64,000 nt of DNA, from the NCBI RefSeq assembly GCF_964355755.1, contig NC_092671.1, forward strand, positions 38,698,304 through 38,762,303, read 5' to 3'. The notes under the pieces are model-generated. The model ran no database searches and was not told the origin of the DNA. It saw only the letters and a list, made by a program, of their open reading frames with translations. Position 1 is the stretch's first letter; each line of letters begins with the position of its first letter. Origin of the DNA: Antedon mediterranea (lineage: Eukaryota > Animalia > Echinodermata). Both the position numbers and the translations under genes were made by a program. Positions 50,201 to 62,200 of the stretch are shown here, piece by piece.

Positions 50201-53200
50201 CCTTTAAGTAATATACATTGCCATTGCCAATTATGTTTTTACTTTCTATGGAACCTTTATTACGGTCAAAATTTGTTTTCGAAGTTCTTAAAGTTTGTGA
50301 AAATATTATCTAAGTTTGTTATTGCTATTTTTATGCTTGTATCGCCTACTATTTGTGTGCCATGTTGGACACTGTTATCCCCAGTTGTCAACAAAGAATC
50401 TGTCTATATCTATGGAATTCTCGAATAACCATACCATTCAATTGTTTGAATTTCATTTTACAGGGTTTTAACTCAAATAAAACACACCATTCTCAATGCT
50501 GTATCTTCACATATACTATCATAGGAATATTTGGTAATACAGCATCTCATTCATATCACATGTGGTGCCTGTATCATGTAGAATACTAGATACATGTGAA
50601 AGACTTTTTACCAAATATTGTTATGATATTTCGGAAATAGATACAGCATCGAGAATCGGCTGAATAAAAATAAAAAAACATATGTATGAACATAAAAAAT
50701 AATATACCAATATTGGTAATACGGTTAAAAGTGATTAAATAAATAATGAATATTTATATCACCGTAAGAATCTTTAGTTTCTGTGGAAAGTGTTACAAAC
50801 ATCAGCTGTATAGGCGCGCCCATTCATTATGAATTATTATTAGTACACCAATATTGGTAATGAAATGATTTAATGCATGATAAATTTATCACCGTATGAA
50901 TGTTTAGTTTTTTCTTTGGAAGTAGTGGTAGTTACAGACATATGTATAGGCCTTTATCATTATGAATTATTATCAGTAAACCAATATTGGTAATACGGTA
51001 TTGAAAATGATTTAATGCATGATCAAATTATTACCGTATGAATGTTTAATTTCTTTTGAAGGTACCGTGGTAGTTAAAAACATATGTATAGGCCTTTATC
51101 ATTATGAATTATTATCAGTAAACCAATATTGGTAATACGGTATTGAAAATGATTTAATGCATGATAAATTTATTACCGTATGAATGTTTAGTTTCTTTAG
51201 ATGGTTCCGTGGTCGTCACAAACATATGTAGGGGCATTTATCTTATTATTTATTAGTACCAATATTCGTTCAATGCTTGATGACTATTATAATGAGACCG
51301 TATGAATAACAGAGTTTGACTTTCCTGTGTCGCTTCACACTTTAGAACAACTGTTGACTTAACAGATATGTTACATTCATGTTCGGGCTAATTCAATATA
51401 TCTTTGCCTATTAATGTCATCAATGTACTCTTATTAACCGCTGTTGACTGTCTGAGCTTAGTCGGTTATTATACTCTACTTAAGAAGATAGATCTTTTTT
51501 CCATCATCCTGCTGCAATGTCTCCACCGTATATTAAACGTTCGTTAAATACTCTTTATAATTACTGCACCCGATTCTGCTACTGTTAATAGGTGGTATCT
51601 GAAAAACTATAGCAAGTCATAAACGTTGCTGTCTGCATTACTTTCATTTCGTTATTTCATATTAACACTTAAATTAAATTAAATAATATTAATGTCAACT
51701 TGACGTGTGTTATGAGATTGTTAAAAGAAAGTGGAAAAGAAATAATATACTTGTGGAAAGTTTCATCTGTTTTTAATTTGAAAGACATTTTATTTTGAGG
51801 TGAAATAGGCCTACTTCAATTGCTAACTTGTGTAACTAGTATAATATCTTAATAAGATTCTATTATAAATAAACTATATCGATTTGTTTTTAGATCTTTT
51901 ACCAGCTAAAGAATCTGGAGAACTGACAGGAAAGTTCCTGAAAGAAGTCACAGAGCAACTGGTCGAATACATCCAAGGATCGTTTGAACGAAAGAACAAA
52001 GTTATTGACTTCATGCAGCCGTCAGAACTAAAAGAAAAACTTCATCTTGATCTGCCAGATAAGGCAGAAAACCTGGATCAAATTCTTCTGGACATAAAAA
52101 ACACGCTACGATATTGCGTCATAACCGGTTAGAATTCAAAGATAAATTTTTTTTTTTATATATTTTTGTTGAATATGCCATTTTAATGTTACCTAATAGT
52201 TATTCACTTTGACGAAAAACTGGATCGAAAAAAAAATTATTTATCTGAAAAGAATAGGCCTAATGTAATTTAAAGCAAAAAAATACTTAAATTGTCTGTC
52301 AGACTATGGTTTTTGATTAAAATTAACTGTTTATTTTGTCTTGTAAGGGAAATAATACATTTTGTTGACTTTTTGTTTTTAGAAGTGAATAACTTTATTA
52401 AAACTGAAAAAATGGTCTATTTAAAGTCTAATTTTATTAATTTGTTTTTGGGGGGACAGTACATCTTTAAATTGATTGTTCGGCCTCCTAATCTTACAAT
52501 CTCCTGAAATTGTTTTCATACACATTCTCTTTTGAATATAACTGTAAACTTAAATTAGCAAGAACAATTATAATGACAATCATTAAGAAAGTGATTGTAG
52601 TGACTAAAATGACCTGTATACCTCAGGGAATGTTTCTAAATGGAGAGAAATTAACCATTTTTATTACGAATATATACAAATAAATTACTTAAAGTAGCAA
52701 TTGCCTTAGGAGAAATTGTTTGTAATGGAAAAACGGATAACGTTTTAAGGGTAAGCGGTGACTTAAACGTGTTATACAAACAATGTAAGGCGGATACCTC
52801 GACTGTGTACAGTTTGTCCTGTATCGATTAACAGTGTGAAATCAGTCGATGTCAATCTAATAACACTTAACAAAATGTTTTCACAATTGTGTGTTATTCT
52901 AATTCAAGTGAATAAGATTGTATTGAATCTCATGCTTGTCTGCTGCTGTCTCTAGATTTTTTTCAACAGCCAATTACCCATCTTGTACAATCATGCGATC
53001 TTTTATAAAACGCATCACGAATCAGAGACAGGTACGACAGTTGATGGTAGTACAGTGTATTAGAAAAATAAGGCACACCCGAACTTTAGAAAAAGAAACA
53101 TTGAATGGGCGTATTTGTTAAACTTTGATCTCTAAATTACAGAAAAATTGCTAAATTTAAAAGAAATGCCCATGGTAGCCACAAGAGGGCCTGTATCGTT

Positions 53201-56200
53201 GATTTTCGCTTTAAACTTTGTATCACAATAATTTTATTTCAAATAATACCAGAGCGAAGTACCCGAATCAGAATTTAAAAAAAAATTATAATCGATCTCA
53301 TTTTTTTCCTCACAAAATTAAACATTTTTCCCCCTGGTTGTTTGTATTAAGACAGGACCACAATGCAAAACAGGTTTTCTTTTACCTGATTGTGTAATTC
53401 TGTATAAAGATGTTGTAAAATAAATAAATACAAGTACTATCTTCATACAGGACATCCAAGATTTTTCAACCAATTATCTCAGGGTTGTGACGTCATTTCA
53501 ACTGCAGGCGAATGGGTCACCGCAGCTGTTAACACAAATATGTACGTCATTTTAATTTACATTTTAATCAATATAATTTTACCTTTATAGTTAAATATTT
53601 TTCGAAACCATACTGAAACTATAAACTGATATTTTTTTGTTTCAAAGGTTTACATATGAAATCGCTCCAGTTTTCACCTTGATTGAAAAAGCTACGTTGA
53701 AGAAAATGCGCGAATTTATCGGTTACAAAGATGGAGAAGGAATATTCTGTCCAGGTAACTAAAAGTTACTATTTTTATTTGTGAAACTCGGTAGTCATAA
53801 GCTCTGATCTGTTTAAGACGGAGTGAGCTTGTGGGCCAGGTAACTGACTATACATACACAGATAACGTTGAGATGCCATCATGTAAGCTTGGTTCCCACT
53901 GAGACGCAACGTAAGTGATTTGACCAATCACAAGCGATGAAATATTCAAACTGTCGCTTGGTCCACTCGTTTGCGTTGCGTTGCGTTGCGTCTACGTTCT
54001 CGCGTTGTGTCTCTCTAGTGCAAACCACGCTAGAGTCAGGGAAACACTTTTTTTTTCTTTTGTAGATTCACTCACTTATAATTTATATATTCTTGTTATA
54101 CAGGAGGCGCAATCTCTAATCTGTATGCTGTTCTAGCAGCTAGACAACATCGGTTGCCACAGTGCAAACGAATGGGACTAAAAGGCATGCCGCAACTTGT
54201 CATCTTTACTTCTGTAGACGTAAGTCATTAATCTTATATAATATATATAATTTTATATCTAACAAGCATTAACCTCTGTTTACACGTTATGTGACAAACA
54301 AATGTGATGTGCCCATATATGGACATGATGATGTCATATCACTACCATATCACTTCTGTAGACGTAAGTCATTAATCTAACATAATCTAACCAGCCTTAA
54401 ACCCTGTCTACACTATCAAACTGTATGTGACAAACAAATGTGCCCATATATGGACATTGTTGTTGTTTCATTTATTTATTTTCCACACATTGAATAAAAA
54501 GAACAGATATGAACTATAAGAAAAAATAAGACCGGTGTGAAAGGAGATAAAAAAAAGTAAAAATTACTTTAAGCATTGACCACTAGTTGTCGACATGACA
54601 AGAAAAGTAATAATTCTAAAATATTTTATTATTTTTTTTTCAATCTTTCTTTAATACATACAATAACTCTAAAATATTGACAAAAATATATTATAAGAAA
54701 AAAAAAATAACATTGAATAATTATGCCCAAAAAGGTAAAACTGACTAATACAAGGTTTTTTTACTGTAAAATCAACAACAAACATGATGATGTCATTATA
54801 ACTACCATATCACTTCTGTAGACGTGAGTCATTAATCTAATCATAGACAGTGCTTTAAACTATGTAAAAGATAAAATAATGTATTCATGTTTATAAAGCT
54901 AAATATTTGTATATATTTTAGAGGATAAACCGGAGTCATAATTTTGTAGAAACTTTTTTGCTAACGGAGTTCAAATAGTTCATTGATGGAATTCATTAAA
55001 CAGCTACCAATTCATTACCGTACTGATTTTTTTTCTTTTGGTTGTTATATTGATTCTTAAGGCTAAATAAGACAGCATCGTACGACGAGGTCCGGCGAGT
55101 TGACAGAAACGAGTTCTTTCCTATTATTTAATGTTGAATTCAAAGTGTATATCTTTTGTCACATTTCAGAGTCATTTCTCGTTCATGAAGGCTGCCGTCA
55201 TTTGTGGGATTGGAGCTGACAACGTGATAGCAGTGAATACAGATGAAAGGTACGTCGGTACAGTAATTGTATGGTAATGCATTCCATCCAGAATCGAGTT
55301 CAATGAAATGAGTGGAAGTTTCGGAATCGGAATGAAACGAAACGGCCACCATAGAACAAAAAGCCTTATACAAGATAGGAATCACGGTTTGACATTAATT
55401 ACAAGTATGCCTTAAATCAATAGTGAATGGAAGTTTCGGAAATGGAATCGGAATGAAACGGCCACCCTTAGTATAGAACAACAAGCTTTAGAAAAGATAG
55501 GAATCACGGGTTGAAGACGTTTACTTTTTGTATTGAAAGAGGGCGTACTTGTGCTGTATTTTATATATACTGTATCGAAATATGCAATATTCCTCCGTCT
55601 AAGTCAGATCTTAGTTTCCGCCCATTACTTTGGCAGCATTAAGAGTCATGTGTCTACTAAACGTTACCTAATCGCCCGGCCGTATGCCCTTGCGTTGTAA
55701 TGCAAAAAGTATATAATAAGTATATATAAAAGTATATCACAAGTTATGATTCTTTTTCAGAGGAAAAATGCTAGTATCAGATCTTGATGACAAAATTCAA
55801 CAGGCATCGGCCCGTGTAAGTTACACGATCGCTTTTATTCATTGAATTTGAATTTTCAATTGAAAACATAAAGCTTGGTTCCCACTAGAACGTAAACAAG
55901 CGTTTTAACCAATGACAAGCGAAGTTATAGACAGTTAGCAATCACAAGCGAATAAGCCATCGCTTGTGATTGGTCAATTCACTTGCGTTGCGTTACGTCC
56001 TTGTGTTACGTCGCTAGTGGGAACCACGCTTTACTTATTATATAATGCAGAATGCTCAAATACAGAGATAACGTTTGCTAAATTGTTAGTTAGCTAACTT
56101 TAGTTAGTAGCTAGTAAAAAACGTTGTTAACTTACACCTACCAGAGATGGAAATTGGTTATATATTTTACAGTTTAATGTTTAATATTGTGTATTTCTTG

Positions 56201-59200
56201 GCTTCTTTTGCAGGGTGATGTTCCATTTTTAGTCAATGCCACTGGCGGGACAACCGTAAGGGGGTCATTTGACCCTATTCAGTCCATTGCTGATGTTTGT
56301 GAAAAATACAATATATGGTTGCATGTTGATGTAAGTTTATATATATTATTTGAACATTCATCGTCCGGTGGTCTGCTTTTGTTTGATAGTGTAAACAGAG
56401 CTTAACATTCTATTTTTTTTAATGCAGGCTGCTTGGGGAGGCGGCGTCTTACTTTCACGTCGACATAGACACTTGCTGGATGGAATTGAAAGGCAAGTTA
56501 TTTCTAAAACTTTTTTCCAAACGAACACTTTCGTAGTACGCATGCGTCTTAAGATGCAGTTTAAAATAAAGAAGGAACTGTTTGCCTTACGTACGATCAA
56601 AACAACGATTTTTTAAAAATAATGTGAACATTTTTTGATACTTACAGGGCAGATTCGGTGACATGGAACCCGCACAAGATAATGGGTGTGACGTTGCAGT
56701 GTTCTGCGATTCTTCTCAAGGAGGATGTAAGTTTGTCAATGTTTAAATAGAAAACGATGAAAAGGGTTTCGGTTCGAAGAAATAAATCTTGTTAATTTTA
56801 ATTCCTTCTTAATGCTGCCGCGCCGGAATTTGTTTTCTAAACTGTTGTCAAACTTTTTATTTAAAAGTAAAGTTAAAAAAAATGTATATATACTTTTGTC
56901 ATCATCTTCTTCCTATATTGTGTGCAGAACCTTATTTGAGTGTAGTCACACATGGGTTGGTCACACATGGTCACACATGGGTTGGTCACACATGGTCACA
57001 CATGGTCACACATGGTCACACATGGGTTGGTCACACATGGTCACACATGGGTTGGTCACACATGGTCACACATGGGTTGGTCACACATGGTCACACATGG
57101 GTTGGTCACACATGGTCACACATGGGTTGGTCACACATGGTCACACATGGGTTGGTCACACATGGTCACACATGGGTTGGTCACACATGGTCACACATGG
57201 GTTGGTCACACATGGGTTGGTCACACATGGTCACACATGGGTTGGTCACACATGGTCACACATGGTCACACATGGGTTGGTCACACATTGTCACACATGG
57301 TCACACATGGGTTGGTCACACATGGTCACACATGGGTTGGTCACACATGGTCACACATGGGTTGGTCACACATGGTCACACATGGTCACACATGGGTTGG
57401 TCACACATGGTCACACATGGTCACACATGGGTTGGTCACACATGGTCACACATGGGTTGGTCACACATGGTCACACATGGGTTGGTCACACATGGGTTAG
57501 TCACACATGGTCACACATGGTCACACATGGGTTGGTCACACATGGTCACACATGGGTTGGTCACACATGGGTTGGTCACACATGGTCACACATGGGTTGG
57601 TCACACATGGGTTGGTCACACATGGTCACACATGGTCACACATGGGTTGGTCACACATGGTCACACATGGTCACACATGGGTTGGTCACACATGGGTTGG
57701 TCACATAATGCAGCTGGTCTTTATATTTCTTACATTTTTTCTTTCCTTTTTTGTTTTAGGGTATTTTGATGGAAACAAACTCAATGAAGGCGAACTATCT
57801 TTTCCAACAAGATAAGCACTACGACTTGGAGTACGATACAGGCGATAAAGCGATTCAATGCGGACGACATCTTGACGTGTTTAAATTGTGGCTTATGTGG
57901 AGAGCCAAGGTAAGGTTCTTCATATCAAATACTCCTTTAAAGCTTGGTTCCTACTAGCGACGCAACGCAAGAACGCAACGCAAGTGAATTGACCAATCAC
58001 AAGCGATGGCTCTTTCGCTTTTGATTGCTAACTGTCTATAACTTTGCTTGTCATTGGTTAAAACGCTTGCGTTGCGTTTACGTCCTTGCGTTACGTTCTT
58101 GTGGGAACCAAGCTTTAATTGTAGATACGAGAGTGATGTGACACTTTGTAATAGTTTTTGTTAGTTTTTCATTTATCTGTTTTTGTATATCTCAGAGCAA
58201 ACATAATTTCTATATATATTTTATATGCAAATGACAATAAATGGAAGTAATTTTCCACTGATGAATGAATGCATGAATCGTGAAAATGATGTTTGAGTTT
58301 CACAGAAAGTACTAAAACGCCCTCAATTTTTTTTCTTGCAGGGAACTAGAGGTCTAGAAGCTCAAATCAACAAACTTATGGACTTGTCTCAGTATGTAGC
58401 AACAATTATTTACATTTAACAAAATTTATTTAACAAATAATTAATAGTTATTGTCTAAAAATAAGGATCAATAAAAGATAAGTTTGTATAAACTTGCCAA
58501 AATAAGTTTCTGAGGCCGATACTACGGTACCGGTACACAATGGACTATATTAGTATAGCTGGCATGTGTTACCATCATGTTAAGATTCACAAGTGCAAAA
58601 TTATTTATAATATCCGATATCTATCTCATTCGTTATCCATCTCATCCGATATCCATCTCATCCGATATCCATCTCATCGGATATCCATCTCTTCATACTC
58701 ATACTCTCACTGTTTTGATGCTATAAGTTCTAATGAATACCTTCTATGTATACCTAAAAAACTCCATGATTATATTATGCTAAAAAACAGGAACCGATTA
58801 TAACCATTTTCACAAATAGTGACAATGAATCAAGATTAATATTCCTTTGACTTTTTTATGTTTATTATCGTGTTTTTTTTTCGATAGATATTTGCAAGAC
58901 AAGTTGTTAGAAAGGCCTGGTTTCCAAATGGTGTTCAACAAGGTGAGTTTAGATTTACAATCATTTGAATAATAATATTAACTTGACCGCCAAAACATTG
59001 TTGTAAATCTATAGTTTTGAAGCTAATTCAGAAGTTAACATTCAGTAATATTTTGAGTGCGCTGTTTAGTTTTTACTTTGCTATTGGATATTATAGGTGA
59101 CACGCAGTATGAATTATTCTTTACCAGTTTGAAGTAAACAATAGAATCATGTTTAATAATCATGGACTTTGACGCCGCATAATTTAATATTTTACTTCTC

Positions 59201-62200
59201 GTATCTTTCCTTTCTTTCATTGAATATTATTTAATTACAATTTATGAGTTTCTTAACAATAGAACAGCTGCAAACCTGGAAAAGACAATTTGAAAGAAGA
59301 GAATCCGATTAGCTATGTTAAATTTATATTTAGGCATATGCGTATTTTCTGTAAACATACGGGTAAATTGTAGGCCTATGCGGTTCATGGAGATAGATGG
59401 AGAACTCATTTCTCTTAAAAATCCGATATAAAAGAAATCTACAAAATAATGACTTTTAAGAAGAAGAAGAAGTTCGCAGTTTCTTAAAACTCATGAATAT
59501 AGGCCTATAGGCTTCTAAACTGTCTGTTACATTTTGATAGTTGACAAAGAATGGTTTACCAGGAAGATTTTTATTTTATTAATGATAAATATTCTTTTCT
59601 ATTCTTTTTATCCATGTAAAAAAACATGTGTTTTAAGGATGGAGAACTAATTTCTCTTAAAACCCCGATTATATAAAAAAAATCTCCAAAATATAAACAC
59701 TAAAGCTAGGTTCGTTTTCTTGAAAATGAAATAATGTTCGCCCATCCCAACATATGAAAACCTTTCAAGAAACCGTAAGTTCTTGTGGATCAGTTTATAG
59801 TTGAAATGTATCGGAAGACTTTTTGAAAGTGATATCTAGATTTCTTGTACGTCAGTATTTCCGTTTATTGACGCATTTACAGGTGTTTTTTCTTGTCGCC
59901 TAATGAAGCATCAGGTTCAGCCTATATCCGTCTTTTCACACTTCGCCTCCTCCTTTTGATTTCATTCATTCATACTTTGGCTTTGTAGTAGTTATCTCGA
60001 ATTCGAGAATTTGGCAAAAAATAAAGCTCTGTCTACACTATCAAAATGCGTGTGACAAAAAAATGTGATGTGCCCATATATGGACATATGATGTCATATC
60101 ACTACCTTGGGAATATTGCTGCCATATTTGGACACATCACACTTTTTTTGTCAAACTGTATTCATTGTCTTTTTTTTTTATTTGTTTTTATTTCGATTTT
60201 TGTCTGAAAATATCCAAACTCAAGTAATACACATATGAAACGCCATATGTGCAAAAATATTTATATTTTTACTAATATTAAAGTAAAAACTCCGTCTGGA
60301 GCTCAGACTAGGTATTGACGAATCTTTATATCTCATTCACAGACTATCGAATCTTTATACAGTATTGCATTAATAATTTACGTACAGTATTCCCGAATCT
60401 TTATATCTCATTTACATACTATCGAATCTTTATACAGTATTGCATTAATAATTTACGCACGGTATTGCCGAATCTTTATATCTCATTTACATACTATCGA
60501 ATCTTTATAGGCCTACAGTATTGCATTAATAATTTACGTACGGTATTGCCGAATCTTTATATCTCATTTAGATACTATCGAATCTTTATAGGCCTACAGT
60601 ATTGCATTAATAATTTACGCACGGTATTGCCGAATCTTTATATCTCATTTACATACTATCGAATCTTTATAGGCCTACAGTATTGCATTAATAATTTACG
60701 CACGGTATTGCCGAATCTTTATATCTCATTTACATACTATCGAATCTTTATAGGCCTACAGTATTGTATTAATAATTTACGCACGGTATTGCCGAATCTT
60801 TATATCTCATTTACATACTATCGAATCTTTATAGGCCTACAGTATTGCATTAATAATTTACGTACGGTATTGCCGAATCTTTATATCTCATTTAGATACT
60901 ATCGAATCTTTAAACAGTATTGCATTAATAATTTACGCACGGTATTGCCGAATCTTTATCTCATTTACATACTATCGAATCTTTATACAGTATTGCAATA
61001 ATAATTTACGTACGGTATTGCCGAATATTTGGTATCTGACCAGTTTGCCGACTCCAGTTTGCCGACTCCAGTTTGCCGACTCCAGTTTGCCGACTCCAGT
61101 TTGCCGACTCCAGTTTGCCGACTCCCAATTTGCCGACTGGCTATGTGGATGGTGTATCACATAGCCTATAGTCGGCACACGGAAAACCCACATTGCCGAC
61201 AATAATAAAACTATGAAAAATCATACTTTAATCAATGGTTTCTATTACCTAATATACTGATTGATTGATTGAATTTATTTGATGCTCAACATTAAAATAA
61301 CAAACAGACAAAAGACAAAATAACGAGCATCAGGAACACCCATTAGGCCGGAAAAACCAGCCCATTTCCAATGGGGTCCAAATTGCACATAACAAACAAG
61401 AGAAAATACAACATTTATAAAAAATATATATATATATATACATTAAAATAAAACCCAGTAAAACAGAAAAATTAAAAGAGAAAGCAAACAAGTAATGAGA
61501 AAAAGTGCACGTTATCAAGACCATTACAGTTATCTAAATTATTCTAAATATAAAATATTGCGTTCAAAATGTTTTTTAATACTGTATGAGATTTGAAGGT
61601 AGTTAAGTTGGAAATACCTTGGTGTTTTGCAATGTCTTTTTCATACGTAAAAACGTATTTACATACCGTACTGTACTATCGAATCTTTTTTTTTTTTATT
61701 AGTAATATGGTGTGTTATACATTTAAGTGGTATTCCATTGTAATACATTTAATTGTTTGTGTTTTCAATAAAGCAACTTGGGACGCGCACCTAATACAGC
61801 AGCATTATTGCTGGCCGCCAGTCGAGTTATTAGCAGAAATTCGCGTAATTAATTACCGTACCATACATACACTCTCATCTTAATTTAGTATTTAAAACTC
61901 ATTTTAAATTGATCAATATTTATATATATGAAGGTATAAAATAATGTAGGATATTAAATAAATGATTGCTGTCATCATGTTATTGTAATTAAATTATCAT
62001 TGGAACACTACTAGTCACTTTACTAAATAATTAAAGATGTATTGTCCACCAAAAACATGAAAAATTAAGATTATTTAAATCAGACCTTGAATAGGTTATT
62101 TTGTAGTTTTAATAAAGTTAATCACTTCCGTAGAAAAAAAATGGAAAAAAATAATGTTTTCACTTATAAAATAACATGATAAATGGTTTCAACCAAAAAT

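Noticed and set aside
56812-57815. His/Trp-rich ORFs in three frames
   Set aside because: Artefact of the TCACACATGG/GTTGG satellite inside a GAD intron.
58258-58310. CTGATGA...GAAA hammerhead-like core in a GAD intron
   Set aside because: Stem II is weak and stems I and III cannot be formed convincingly.
10853-61138. Tandem arrays as possible CRISPR arrays
   Set aside because: Units are contiguous with no unique spacers, there are no cas genes, and the context is eukaryotic introns.
60315-61202. 228-aa and 76-aa repetitive ORFs
   Set aside because: Translations of the 81-bp and 14-bp tandem repeats.
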